A stretch of 64,000 bases of DNA from Welwitschia mirabilis (Eukaryota): the NCBI GenBank assembly GCA_051453625.1, contig JBOZIK010000001.1, positions 5,142,784-5,206,783 of the forward strand, written 5' to 3'. Below are positions 40,400-54,591 of the stretch, piece by piece. The notes under the pieces were generated by a model. That model searched no databases. It was not told the DNA's origin and was given only the letters and a program-made list of their open reading frames with translations. Position 1 is the stretch's first letter, and each line of letters opens with the position of its first letter. The position numbers were made by a program, and so were the translations under genes.

Positions 40400-42865
40400 C
40401 CAAATCTTTCTCAGCTACATGAAAGACTCTAATTGTAAATGTTCTGTTTTCAAAGTGACATTTTATTATTCTTGCTCTTATATCAATGATGTAGTGGGCT
40501 ATTGCACAAAAGGCTCATCCTAAAAGTAAAGGGTATCCTCTATTATGCTCAACTTCCATGATAATTACATCTATAAATTAGCAAGTATCTTCAATTTGAA
40601 TTTCCAAATCTTTAATAATTCTTAATATTTCTTAACTAAAGTGTCTGCTAATTCTAAGACAGCCAGAGTAGGTTCTATTTTATCCTCTAAATCAAGTCTC
40701 TTACAAATATGAAGTGGCATAATATTAACACTTACTCCAATATATATCAAGGATTTTATGATCTTTTTGTTTCCCTCTAAAATAACATTCATCATACCTA
40801 CTCCTAAATATTTAAATTTTTGTAATTTTTACAACACTAAATTCATGATGGATTAGGCTAGAAAGACTTTACTAGGGATGACTCGTTTTTATTTTCTTTT
40901 TATTAAGTTTTTCTTTAATTTTGAGTACCCCAAATTTTATTATAATAGGTTCTAAAAGGGTAAGTTTATACTCATATTTTTCATCAAGGATTTAAGATAT
41001 TCGTTGAAAGTTAAATTATTATTAATCCTATTAAACTAAGGGGTGGTTTGTTGAGAAGGATTTTTCTTTTTCTTTTTTCTAAAAGAAGGAAAGTTTTAAT
41101 CTTCTAATATCTTAATGTCCTCCTCTTCTTCTTCATCATCATTTCTAAAATCATTTTGGGAGGTGGAAGGTTCATTTGGAAGAGTGTTTATTTCTTGTCC
41201 ACTTCTTATTACAACCTTACAATCTTTTGTTAGTTCCTTTAGATTTGGTAAATGTTGTGTAGCTAATGTTCGTTGAGGTTCTTATTTTATTAATATTATT
41301 TCTTAAAAGATGTTTAGCATTTTTTTCTATGTTTGTATTTTTTCCTAAGTTTCTCTATAAGGTTTGTAATTAGATCATTTGGATGTTGGTAGTTGGATGA
41401 ACTTGGTGGGCAGTTTGCATTTTTGAATCTATTTCTAAAAGATTGAAAATTATTTTAAAAATGAGTGTTTAACTTAGGTTGTACCTGGTTTTGGTTTTAG
41501 AAGTTTTAAGATGTTTAGTTAAAAGCACAAACTTCTTTATGAACTCTTTCTTTGTATGTTGGCAAAAGAGGATAGTTTTTGATGACATGATAATTGTCCT
41601 CACATAAATCACAAGTTTGCACAACATTTTTTTCACTTGTGGATTTGGCATCTAAAATCATTTCTGCGTACTTCTTCAAAGTTGTTATAAAATCTTTCAT
41701 GGAATTTGTAGTATTAGATTCTAACTCTTTTTGTTGTTTAACCTCTTTTAAGTCTTTGATGAGTTGGCCTACATTTGGATTTTCTTTAGGAGATAACTAG
41801 GTTTGACTAACCTCCACAAGTTCTTTTAATTTTGTCTAGGCATCATTTAATGTAAGCTTTATGAGGTTTCCTCTGCAAGAAAAATCTATAAGTTATTCTG
41901 TGTGTGGAATTAGCCCACTATAAAAGTAGTCTATTAGTTCTGTTGGTGAAAAAGCATCTACTGAATTAGAATGGTAGGCTATAAAGAAATGCTCANNNNN
42001 NNNNNGAGGCATAGCCTTCATTTTGTTTTTGTTGAAAGTTTGTTACCTCTTTTTTCTTTTTCTCATAGTTTTTTCATTCATAAATCTCTTTACAAAGGTT
42101 GCTCAAACTTGATTCCATGTTTTTAAGCTTTTATGGGGAATAGTTTTTAGCCAAAGTTTTTCTCTATCCCTCAATGTCATGGGAAAGATTACCATATATG
42201 TTATATCATTGATTTTTTTCTTCCTATTCCCTGANNNNNNNNNNNNNNNNNNNNNNNNNNNNNNNNNNNNNNNNNNNNNNNNNNNNNNNNNNNNNNNNNN
42301 NNNNNNNNNNNNNNNNNNNNNNNNNNNNNNNNNNTTATGGGGAATAGTTTTTAGCCAAAGTTTTTCTCTATCCCTCAATGTCATGGGAAAGATTACCATA
42401 TATGTTCTATCATTGATTTTTTTCTTCCTATTCCCTGATGTAAGGATTGGTTGTTCAATATTTGCAATGTATTGAAGGGAATCCTCATCATTTTCTCCAT
42501 TAAAATTTAAATAAGATTTTAGATTTTTAAGTTCAACACCATATCTTGGGATTAGGTTAAAAGGAATTTAAATCTCTCTTTTCTTGTTGGCTAACAATTC
42601 TCTAAGGGTAAGGTTTGCATTAGGGATAGAAGATCCTATGACTTATTTTTAATTAGGGAGGCACTCAACATTATGAGCTAGTTTTCTCTTTATATAAGGT
42701 TTTCATTAAGTAAATTTAACTTAGAAGGAATAAATTTAGAAGAAGGATTGAGTGCACCTAGAGATTATTTTTTTGATTCATTTTCTATATCCACTAGTTC
42801 TTTTTTAATGATCTTCTCTATCAGTAGCCTTTCTCTATAATATCTCTTCTCAAGATTAACCATAT
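40400..42865 (-). pseudogene. Gypsy gag and aspartic protease remnant
   Basis: IFPMTLRDREKLWL (gag, ORF 42103), CDLCEDNYH (ORF 41515), SLIYIGVSVNIMP protease (~40755-40715), YPLLLG*AF (~40535). No RT, RH or IN seen downstream. Confidence 0.8.
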
Positions 42866-43336
42866 TACAACATCCTGAAACTAGAAAAGAATAGAAAATA
42901 AGATAAAAAACAACAAACCATTATCTTATCTATTTGAGGGATGATAGAAGGAACGACACACACAAAAACCAAAGAAACAAAAATAGTACAGAAACTGAAA
43001 CAGAAAGTGAAAAACTTAAAATACAGGACTATCATCCAACTAGTTGTATGGATGGCATAGGAGATGATAGAGATTAATTTTATTGTATAAAAAATTAAAA
43101 TTGAAAAATAAAACTAAAAATAATTATATACTATCATCTTATCTGTTGTTGAAATGACAGAAGGGATAACCACTATTTTTCTATAAAATTTAAAACTGAA
43201 AATTCAAACTAAAAAACTACACATATAAAACCTATAGTTCCTAATAAAATAAAACGCCACTTTAGATAAATAACTGAATAGAGTTCTGATATACTCACTT
43301 GAATGATAATAACCCTTATACTCCTCAATAGCTTTT

Positions 43337-43352
43337 CACAGTGATGGTGCTA
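43337..43352 (-). promoter_or_regulatory. Decayed tRNA-Asp-type PBS (Athila-type TGGCGCCGTYGCCGGG)
   Basis: Minus strand tagcaccatcactgtg, 3 nt from the LTR. Most differences are CpG-type transitions. Confidence 0.7.
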
Positions 43353-43355
43353 ATT

Positions 43356-44420
43356 TGTTTCAGTGTGTATTTCTGCAAGTACTTAAGTTTAAAAGGATTC
43401 TTCCATTCATAAAATAAATAGGTATCTCACACAATACAACACAATAGCATGAGTGAGAGTAAACCTAAAATTTCATATTCACATTGAAGACTATAAGAAA
43501 AGACTCAGATTGCTTTGCAAAAAGAATAATAGGAACCAAAAATAAAGAACAAATACAAGGAAATAAATTACAATACAAAATGTAAGATGTAACTAACACT
43601 ACTTGCTTTAAGCCTTAACAACGGATGCCCTTGATAATCTACATCACTCAAAAAATTATCATCAGATCAAGGGAAACATAGACTATAAGGATCATTAAAG
43701 AAACTAATGTGTAAACATGAAAATAAAATAAATTTTATATTAAGAGTAACAATGCATCTGGATTACAAAATATCTAGGCCTTAATAGAGGATACATATTC
43801 CTTCACCAAGGGAACATCTTTTTGCAATACTCGAGATAGATCTCTTGCCCTTCTATCTCCTATTATGAGAATTTTCAGTGCAACAAAGATGAGAAGAAGA
43901 GTCAAAAGGGGACATACTTATAATAATTTACAGCAGAAAATGACAAATAGAAGGTGCAACTAGGCATGCTCTTTTACATAAATGAAATGAATAAAATGCT
44001 CAAGTATCACTATTAGAGTTAGTTAAATATCAATGTCATCCTAACTATCGTCTAAACGACATGGGGGATGATAACTCATTATAAAAGATAACTCATAATG
44101 ATTACTCAATAGTGATTTAGTAGTCCATATTAGCAACCAGCAGTGTTGTCGTCCTGTCTATAGTGGGGACGATAAAGGGAATGACCTCTTCTTAATCATT
44201 TAATTTGAATAAAAACTTAGCATCTTTATTAGTAGTCCTCCTCAAAAGCTCTATACATGAGAATGTGGCTTTAATACATAAAATCTGGGTAAGAGTTGCA
44301 CATTTTTAAAATTCTCTATTATTTCTCCAAAATCCTTAGAATTGCACTTAAACCTATACAAATTTCTTATAAAACAAATCATAAAACCCCATTAAATAAC
44401 CATAAATTGGCAGCGCCACA
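43356..44420 (-). repeat. 5' LTR of the nested Athila-like element
   Basis: tgtttcagtgtgtattt...ttggcagcgccaca. Confidence 0.92.
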
Positions 44421-44425
44421 CTCAC

Positions 44426-45313
44426 ACCATTAGAAAAAATAGCCAAAGACTTACTAAAGAACTAGTTGTGATTTAATCATTTAGTTCAAAATACATCATC
44501 ATAATGATACCATGAAGAAGTCACTTGAACTAATAAATTTTGTTTATTATTGATAAAGTCTACAATGTACACATATTACATTAGGAAAAGATAAAGAAAG
44601 TAGAAAAACATGGTAAAAGTTAGATAAGAAGCTAGACAATACTTATTTCTAAGTATCGTTAACTATCCTAGTTTATGTTCAGCTACACAAGTAAAAGAAC
44701 ATAAAAATAATATTAATTTTTCTAAGTAATATAACATGAACAAAATAATACTATAAACATTAGCTTTTTGGCTTTATATTGAAATGTCAAATCGTCACAT
44801 GCAGATGTATTAACAAGCTTGTGTTTTCCTTTGCAAGAAATACTTGGAGTAGTGGAGATGATGCTATGTTCTTTGCAAGATAGCTAAAGCCTCTTGATTG
44901 ACCTTTTTGCTAAGTCTATTCCTATAACTTTTTGCCAAAAAGATCCCCATATTTGATGGTAATATCTTCTTTATAACCATTTCTATTTTTCTATTTTATT
45001 TTTTGGCTCTTTAGGGATAGGTTTATGGCTAAGGTTGTTACTACCTTTCTGCCATCTCAACCTTCTCTTTCATCTTCATATCAAATGGCATTTTGTATCT
45101 ACAATTGAATAATATATATATATTTATATACACACACATACACACATACAAACACAAAAACCTACTAATGTACTAGCTAACCAACCTATTGATTAGTGAG
45201 TATGTTAACTAAATTTATAAAGAGAAACATATATTACTATCTAAAATTAATAATTATGAAAACAAAAACATTTCATTAATAAATGAAATTTATATCAAAA
45301 TTAGTCATCATCA
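44426..45313 (-). repeat. Main part of the interrupted 3' LTR of the 34822-59427 element
   Basis: Colinear with 58570-59427. Carries a (TA)/(CA) microsatellite at ~45110-45155 that is much shorter in the sister LTR. Confidence 0.9.
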
Positions 45314-47098
45314 ATTCCCTTAAGCTCAAGGTTTTGTTAGATTTGACAAACAAATATATGTATAAAAGAGATAAAAAGAAAGAGAGATTCATCATTCTAC
45401 TTTCCTTCTCAAATCTTAAATTCTCATTAAATATGTAGATAGGTACTAAAGGAAATCTATCATCCATAGCTAGCCACTCATATCATTCCAATTTAACAAT
45501 TTATAGTTCAGAAAGTAGATTTGCAAAAATCTAGAAGAAAATGGTTCAAGTTGGAAATGTATAATATATCGAACTTTGATAGGATATATCTCTCTTAGTA
45601 CATTCATAGTATAGGTAACTTAGTAGAGTAGAAGCTACAAATGCTTATGCCTTAATTTCAGTGCTTCATAACTATCCATACCTTTGAAACTCAAAATTAG
45701 TACCTTTAATTTCAACAATTGCATAAATATGATCATAGTCTTCTTAGCTTACATCAATCACTTTATATTCTACAGACCATGAATTCTTTGTGCAGATTTT
45801 ATAAAACTCTGTACATAAACTTCTTATTAAGAAAATTTATTCTAAAAATCTAACCTGTTTGCTACTACTACTTTTATCCTCTTGTTTTATGGACCCTTTT
45901 CTCTTATTAATAGAATCTATTTCTATAATATTCACTTCATCGAAATCTTTGTTAATATTCTTCCCAGAAAGTACCATTTGCATTTTACTAGAACAATCAT
46001 CCATTTTATCATATATTCTATTCAACTTTTTAAGACAAGCTTTCTGTTTAATATCTAGCTTAGAATATTTCTTCTATAAACTTTTAAAAGAGTTATAATA
46101 GAGGTGGCCACTCTTCACAACAAGAGTATTTGACAAGGGTCATCAAGCACTTTTGAATTTTCAGTGAGGGTCATCGAATTCATTATGGTGACTGGCTTTC
46201 TTACTAGTAGCTCTATTACATTTCCCTTTCAATGATGTCCTAGTACCCTTCTCAGAATAAGGCGTGAAATACTTCACAAATGTAGGATTTTGCCTTGAAA
46301 TTTTCATGCGAAGTCATTTTACCATGATCTTTAGAGCATGAGAAAACATGATAAAGTATGAAAATGCATGAGAATACAAAATGAGAAAGTGAAGTTACTG
46401 ATGCATTTTCTACTTAATATAGGTAAAAACTTGTACTTATTTCTATTGCATTAAATTTACATGTATAAGGAGTAAATGAAAACTTTACTGGAAATGAAAT
46501 AGCTGGTACTGAAATTATTTTAGATGCTAATGATGATGGAAAATGGAATGACATGGTGGTAAGGTGAATATTAATAAAGTTTGCTAACGTGGAATGGACA
46601 ATGCAAATGCTAACATTGTTTGGATGATATGGAAGGATATCATTCATTAACTTGCGATGGAGTCATTAAAAATGACAATGGGTGTCAAGAAAAAGTTTAA
46701 GTACAATGCTTAAGAAAAGAACTTCATATTTAGGTGGTGGTTACTCTCCACAATAACAGGCTTTAACAAGAATCATCAAGAAGTCATGCATTCTCAATTA
46801 GAATTATCAAATTCATTGGGGAACTGGCTGAAGGAGTTTGAAGGTGGCCATTGAGAACTTAAAGAGTTCTTAACGAGGTCCTTTGAATACCTACCACTTT
46901 ATTATAGTGAATCAAGTAAGAATATAAAAGTAAGATCATGCGAAAAAGTTATAGTAAAACGTTAATAGGGGGTCATCAAGAAGAAGAACCTAACCTTTAA
47001 AAAAAAGTTTAATAAAATGAAGTTGACTTAAAATTTGGTCCAAAGATTTGGACTATTTTCAATTAACTCCATGAACTTACTTCTTGATGGTTTAGGTT

Positions 47099-47437
47099 GA
47101 AATTTGATTCAAAGTTTCAACTTTGGATCAATGTTAGTCAACTAAATGAATTTTTTATTTTTCTTATAAGTTTACAGAATGTAAGAAGACTATCAAGTTG
47201 GCATGAAATCCAACTCAAAGTTTTGACTGAGCTCTTGTTAGCTAACTTTTTTAGACTTACATCACAGTGATTAGGTTTGATTTCCAAATCAAAGTTTCAA
47301 ATTTGAATTAGTGTTGATCAACTAAGTGATGTTGTTTTATGCAGGTACAGAGGTTTAGAAAATATATTTCTATATTTTATTAAATTGGCTAGAAAACTAA
47401 CTCAAAGTTTTAACTTTAAGTCAATGTTAATTAACTG
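47099..47437. repeat. Four imperfect copies of tcaaagtttyaac...tgttrrtyaact
   Basis: Copies at ~47109, ~47215, ~47289 and ~47402. Confidence 0.7.
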
Positions 47438-49340
47438 GATAAACTTATTTTCAAGGCCTGTCTTATGATTTTATTATAGAAGTGACGTTCATAAATTTTA
47501 ATTCTTAGTTCTTCCTAAAATATAAAATTTTCTCTACATTATTAATCATTATTTGCATGGTATTATTTAAAGGTTTTCTTTCAATTAAAAGTAATTGTAT
47601 GGTTTTACTAACTACTTAGTAAGTGACGATGATGACAAAGTCTAATGGATCTTTAGAGAAAACTAAACTAATCATAAATTAATCTGAGGTCATGACTTTA
47701 GATTGAACCTTGGTTAACTTGAAAAATTATCTGATTCTTGTCTTGCTTCAAGATTATTGCTCATACTTGGCATACTTAGCCTATTGAATAGAATAGGTAT
47801 GCAGTTTCTGTATAATTCTTTACTTTAATATCGAACACGTGTGCAATGGTTAACTTAAAATGAATTATACTTGCCAAACATACTAATAAGGCTTATGCTA
47901 TAAATCTCATTCTTTCATGCTAATCACTTATCATTCTCCATCTGAGCCTTAATTCCTTTAGTTAATCATTTTTCAATTCTTACTATTTTTTCTCAATCAG
48001 TCCTCATGGTTTTTACTCCACCTGACTCTCCTATTACTACCTCAAGGATTAAAAGATAAAGAGATGTATTTTTAACTTGGGTTTCACACAGATTGACATG
48101 TGCATTAGTAGTGTAGATTCTTAGTCACCTCAAATTTTAGGTAGGTTAGAGAATGAGGTTTAACAATTTTTGTACTATGATTATAAATTAATTGCTAAGG
48201 TTTTAAATACCTTGAATAGTTTCATTACTGATTTTAACAAGGACCATTTTGAAAATGGTTTCATCCCTTTAAGATTTGGTCCGATGATTCATCACTTAGT
48301 GGGCGAGTACTTGAGGGTGAGAACTAAAGAGCTTCATCAGCAATTTGATTAAGGGGATTTAGCTTAAGATGTTTTTTTAGGTTAATTAGCTAGGTAGGTG
48401 TAAGTTTTAGAGAAAAGGGTTAATCAACTTCAAGGCACAAACCCTATGCTTAGTCTTGCTACATTTAGTTTTGGTAAGAAGAATATAGAAAAGATAAGAT
48501 GAAATGCTAAGCCTTACTAAAACTTTTAGTGAACCCACTTAGAAAAGATTAACATGATCTCTAAGTAAGATTTACCTATTGCTCCTAGGTAAGAGTTTTG
48601 TTTGATCATATTCTAAGACTAGGCATTCTAATAGAAGGAATAAGTTATCTAGTCGCTTTAAGAATTGAATTGTTTCAGCTGAAGGATTTACTTATTTAGT
48701 GGCTTGAAGGATGTCTTTTATTTTATTTCTACAACTGGATGTAATAAAATTCTAGTTTAATAAAATTTTTTAAATTTTTTTCTATCCTCTAATAAAGTTA
48801 TCTTATAACTACTTTTATTTTTTTATGAATATGTAACTTAACTAAAGGGAATTTAAACTAAAACAACTTATCAAATTATTAAGATGATGTGAAATGATTT
48901 TAAATTTTGAAGCCTTTTCTTTGCTAAATAGAATTTAATGATTGTGCATTACTATTGCATTAAAAATATTTAGATTCATAATTCATCACAGACTAGAAAA
49001 TTTTTCTTTTGGTTTCTCCTTTTTTTTCTTTTTTAAAATAAGTTGTAATAGACAGTTGTAGCTTAACTAACTATGTCTCAGATGACTTATAGAACACAAT
49101 TGTTCTTAACTATTTATTTTTTCATAACTTAATTCAACCAGAATTAGAAAACTATAACCACTGTTAAAGGAGTAAGAATTCACAGGATATATTTTTATTT
49201 TTTAAATATATCTAGATTATCATCAAATGATCCCTCAATGGAGTTCTCACAGCTATCATATTACGCTGCCAAAGGATCCTCTCAGGAATATTTACCTCGG
49301 CGACCTTGCAATAGAATATTGAGTTTTTTTCTTTTTATTT

Positions 49341-49342
<2 letters not shown>

Positions 49343-49372
<30 letters not shown>
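49343..49372. repeat. (TA)n microsatellite
   Basis: Seen directly. Confidence 0.95.
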
Positions 49373-49375
<3 letters not shown>

Positions 49376-49599
49376 TTCGATAGAAATATTCTACCATATG
49401 ATGGAAAGTGTTTCTTTGATCTTCTTAATAATAATAATGCATAATCCCCTATTGAAGACTTATTAAGTTATCTTTTTGTTTCATAATCATCAAATTTATC
49501 TTAAACAACTTAATGAATTGATAGTCTAAATAAACTTTAAGAAAATTACATGTCCTTTATTGTTTAATCTAAAACCTTTTATTATAGAAGCAGAGCGGA

Positions 49600-52500
49600 A
49601 GCATTCTTTCCACCTTATAAGGGTTTTTTAAATAATTTGGCATTAATTTATCATCATAATACATCCTTATTCTTTTTCCACTAACTTGATAGGCTATTTT
49701 TTCCATCTAGATCATATACTTCTATGGCTTCATTTCCCAAAATTTTTGTTTTGGTATAGGATCCTAGCCATTTCTATTCATATTTTTGTTTTGAATGGAT
49801 TTTCTTAGGGTCATATATTAATAAAAAATCTCCTATACTAAATTAGTTTTTGTAATTTTGTTATCATGATATATTTTAATTTTTTATTATATAATTCTTT
49901 ATAAAAAGAGCTTTCTTCCTATTTTTATATAAAATATTCATGTGTTCTACCCATTCCTCTTAAGCTGTATCTAAGTTACACTTTAATTCTTTAGCCAATT
50001 CAAATGTTTTTACTTTAAATTTAATTAGCGAAATAGCCATTTTTTCAAAGGCTAATTCATATGGTTAAGCCTTGTGATATGTTTTCAAGTTATTATATAA
50101 GCCCATAAAGATGCAATCAATTTGTCAACCCAATCCGTTTTCTTACTATTTATGATCTTTGTTAATATTCTATTTATTTCTTTATTAGTTACTTCATCTT
50201 AGCCATTATATTAAGGATGAAATAATAGAGAGTTTATGATGGATTCCATATTTGGTCAAAAGTTTCTTAGAGGCTTCACTAATAAAATGAGTTCCTATTA
50301 GATATAAGACTTTTAGGAGCTCCAAATTGATAGATAATATTCCTAAAGAAAACGTTACCTATGATTTAGAAAGAATAATATGACATAGCCTCAGCCTTAG
50401 CTCATTTATTGAAGTAATTAACATATACCAAAATATATCTTTTTCTATAGGAGGAAGGATTGATAGGTCTAATAAAATCTATTCCTCAATCATTTAAAGG
50501 CTCAATTGACTAAACCAATTATTGGCATTTCTAATCTCTAGTTGAATTCTTCTTCTCTTTGACACTTATCACAACCTTGAATATAAGCATTGGAATCTTT
50601 GAATATGATGGGCTAGTAGTATCCCATATGAAGAATTTTTATCCCTATTATTCTTGCACTATAATGTCCTCCTCCTTCTGCCTCATGAGCTTCCTTCAAA
50701 ATCTCACTTTTTAGGTTCTTTTTAACACATCTTCCAATAACATGATCTTTGCATTTTCTAAATAATATTTTATCATGTTAAATGTAATCTCTAGATTCTC
50801 TTAATAATCTTTTTTCTTCATAGTAATTCATAAAAGTTGGTAATTTCTTACTTACAATAAAGTTAGTTATATCAACATACTATGGATTGGATTTTACTTG
50901 AAAAATATGTTCATCTAGAAACTCATCTCTTATGTTTATTTGCTGCTCACTAGAAAATTCTAGTCTTGTGAGGTAAACTACTACTAAATTTTTTATCCCT
51001 TTCCTGTCAATAATCTTTAACTCAAACTCTTGAATTAATAGTATTCATCTTATAATTCTTGAGTTTTCTTCCTTTTTGTTTAAAAAATCTAATAACATTA
51101 TGGTCTGTATGGACTTTTACCTCATAATTGAAAATATAATGCGTAAATTTTTCTAATGCCATTACCACTGCTACCAGCTCTTTCTCTATTACTATGTAAT
51201 TTTGTTGAGATGGTTTGAAGTTCTTGCTAATATAAGAAATATTATAAGATTTATTTTTATCATCTTTTTGTTCTAAAACTACTCTCATAGCATGACTAGA
51301 TGTGTTAGTCATAATATGAAATGGTCTTGTCCAATTTAATCTTTGTAAAATAGGTTTTGATAAACATTTATCTTTTAGAGTGTGGTAAGCATTTTGGCAT
51401 TCATCAGTCTAGTTATATTCCACATCCTTTTATAAAAGATTACTCAAAGGCTTAGCAATTTTACTAAAGTTAGATATAAAACTTCTATAATATCCAACAT
51501 GTCCTAAGAAACATCTTAATTCTTTTATTTTAGTTAGAGTTAAAATATCTTTTATTTTTATTAATTATTTTCAATCCCTTTTTAAGATATTTTATGTTCT
51601 AGTACTATTCCTTATGTCACCATAAGATGACTTTTTGACTAGCTAAGTCTAAGACATTTTTCTTTATATCTTTTTAGAAATCTTTCTAATCTATCTAATG
51701 GCTTCTTAAAATCATTTTTAAAAGCTGAGAAATCATCCATAAATACTTCAACTAATCTTCCTATTATATCTTAAAAAATGCTATTTAACAGCCTTTGAAA
51801 AGTAGCAAGAGTATTGCATAGTCCAAATGGTAATACTTTATAGGCATAAGTACCCCAATGACAAGTAAACGTTGTTTTGGATTGATATTCCAAAGCTATA
51901 AGGATTTGATTATAGCCACTATATCCATCTAAAGAACTAGAGTATTAATGTCCAAATACTCTTTTTAAGATGTAACCTATAAATGGAAGGGGAAAATGAT
52001 CTTTATAAGTTGCAGTACTCAAAATTTGAAAGTCTATACATACCCTTCATTTATTTTCTTCCTTTGGCATCACTGTGATAGGACTAACTCATTATGAATT
52101 AGATATAAGATAAATAAATCCAATGTTCAAGAGTTTAGAAATTTCTTATTTAATTATTTTTTGCATGTGTGGGTTGCATCTTCTTTTTAATTTCTACTTG
52201 ATTTGATAGAGGTATCTAAAAAAATTCTATGTTGACATATTTTTGGATCTATTCCTTTAATATTAGTATGATCCCAAGCAAAAGTTCCTTTTTTAATTAA
52301 CATTTTTTAAATTTTTTTCTACGAATGAGTCAAATATCTATTTTTAATCAGGGGTTATTTAGAGCTACTTTGATATATTCTAATCCTTCCTTAAGTAAAG
52401 GATTTTCTATTTCTTGAGTTGTTAAATCTTCTTATTCATATATTTCTTCATTTTGTTTAATTAACATTTGACTAACCTTCTATGTTAGAATCACATTAGT

Positions 52501-54400
52501 TTTAGCTTCTGTATTTTGTACCATCTCTTTTACAATCGCTACATCAGATACTTTGATCTCTTTTTTAAGATCTCCTAGACTGATTTTTGTTACTCCTCTC
52601 CTAAAATAAATAGTAGCATCTATAGTAGCCATTCAAGGTCTTCCTAAAATTACTGTATGGGTATCGCCTTGATGGGTGTGTCCTTTAGAACTCTTTCCGA
52701 TATTACTGCTAAGCCATCTACTAGGAACACTTTTTCTTGGTAAGGTATTAGCTTTGGCTTTTCCAATTCCTCATAAGTTTCATAAGCTATAATATTAATG
52801 CTTACTCTTAGATCTGTAAGTGCTTCTACTTTGAGTTTTTCATCAATCATTACATCTCTCATTGGTGTTCTAGGATTACTATACTTTTCATGTTATTTAT
52901 TTTAAAGAACTTGCATAAAAGATCAAGAAACTTAATCCTTTATAACCATCTCAATTTGTTTTTCCTTCTTACTTTCCTTTTAATTCTTCTATTTTAAACA
53001 CATTCTTTTCATTTTCTTTTAGTATATAGACACTTTTTTTAGTAATTTTAAAAGAGAAGGATATTTTTATGTCTTTCAAAACTTTTGTTAAATATTTTAT
53101 GTCTTTTTCAATTTTTGTATGTTTATTTGTTTACTTCTCATTGGAAAAAGTAAAGGATATATTTCAACATCATCTACTCTTTTCCTCTCTATATCTTTTT
53201 CTTTATTATCTGGAGAACTCTTCAGATTTGTATTCTTTTCTTGTGGTTCATATGTAACTTTTTCTTTTCTAGATCTATTAGTTATAGCTTTACTTATTGC
53301 TTCCGGTAGATTTGGTTGAAGTTGAGTAGGAATTTTGCCTTCTTTATTTTCTACTTCTGATTTTTCTTTTATGTTCTTTAGATCCTTATTTCTCTAATTC
53401 CTATAATAATCATATTGTTCTTACCTTTTTGAATTTACATATTTCTGTAAAGGCCTTTCGAACCTACCTTTCCATTTCCTATTTTGATAAGGCTAAGGTT
53501 TTTTTTCTAGCTTGAGTTGATTTATGTATGTAAATCTAATCTATTAGTATCCAATCATTGAATAAATTCTTGCATCCAAGGACATTCTGTTACTACATGA
53601 TTATCTTTTCTACAATGTTCATGTATAGTTTCTTCTTCTTTTTTAAAATGTTGAATAACTAGTCTATCAAATTTTTCTACCATACTATTAGTAACTTGTT
53701 TTGCTACTTCCCCTATAAGACTAATATGTTTTAATCTATATATACTACCATCTACTTATAGGGTAAGTACTTTGTTTACCTTTTTCTCATTTTTATTTTC
53801 TTGTCCCCATCCTTGACTCATGTTATAAAACTGAGTAATAGCTTTTTCTACTTCTTAAACATTCTTTATTTTGATGCTTCCCTGATATAACAAGTCTAGT
53901 TCCTTCAAATTTTAACTCTATAATCCTCTAAGTAAAGCTCTAACTCATTCTCTAGCTATAATTGATCAAGACATTTAGCTAATAGTATGTTATACCTATC
54001 CATGTATTCATCAAAATTTTTATTATCTTTTTATTGAATATTAAAAATTTACTCTCTTAAATCTTCAACTACTTTCATGGCTGAAATTTAGCTAAGAAAG
54101 AATTCTTAATAATTCCACATGAGCTAAAGAATTTGTTTGATACCATAACTGAGCAATTCCTTATAAAAAAAAGGGAAATACCTTAGATAGTCAGATTCCA
54201 AATAAAAATAATTTACTTTATAGAAGGTATCAAATAGACTTAAATGCAATAGGGGTTCCTCTGATTTATGACCTTCAAAAGTGGGTATTAATGTTATATT
54301 TCTATTTTTGACTTTTTCTAGGTGTTCTAAGGCTATAGGATTAATGGACTTAGGTCTTCTAGCTAATGGATATGTGACACCCTCTTTTATCTTATCCTAA
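49600..54400 (-). pseudogene. Athila-type Gypsy gag-pol pseudogene (gag-PR-RT-RH-IN)
   Basis: PTFEGHKSEEPLLHL (gag, ~54280); ALTDLRVSINII protease (ORF 52650); RVCIDF...KDHFPLPFI...LDGYSGYNQI (~52047-51900); VEVFMDDFS (~51745); EKELVAVV and VHTDH RNase H (ORF 51022); integrase ~50900-49650. No additional RNase H between RH and IN. Confidence 0.92.
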
Positions 54401-54591
54401 TTAAGCACTTTTTTGGTTTAAAACTTCCTTTCTTCTTAAATATCTTTACTTGATAAACACAGTGGAACCTAAGACTAAATTCTAATTACTCCTTATTTAG
54501 AATTTCCATATTCTAAGAAAGACAAAATCATATTAATATATATTTACTAATAATTAATTTCTAGGTTATTTTAGTTTTTAAACAATAGTAA

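Larger units (their letters stand above)
34931..44420 (-). mobile_element. Athila-like Gypsy LTR element (~9.5 kb) inserted in the LTR of the 34822-59427 element
   Basis: TG...CA termini. TSD CTCAC at 34926-34930 and 44421-44425, with the empty site visible in the sister LTR at ~58565 (ctcacaccatt). LTRs 34931-36022 and 43356-44420. Minus-strand PPT aagtggggggcta at 36023-36035. Confidence 0.93.

Noticed and set aside
47099..47437. Spaced repeats as a CRISPR-like array
   Set aside because: The repeats are degenerate with irregular spacing, the context is a eukaryotic TE, and there are no cas genes.
49236..49290. Resemblance of the shared module (minus strand CTGAGA..CCTTTG..CAG.GTAAT..GCTG) to the plant TPP riboswitch
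   Set aside because: The AACCTGA core, the GCG junction and the upstream GGGGTG P2 strand are missing, so the riboswitch fold cannot be drawn.
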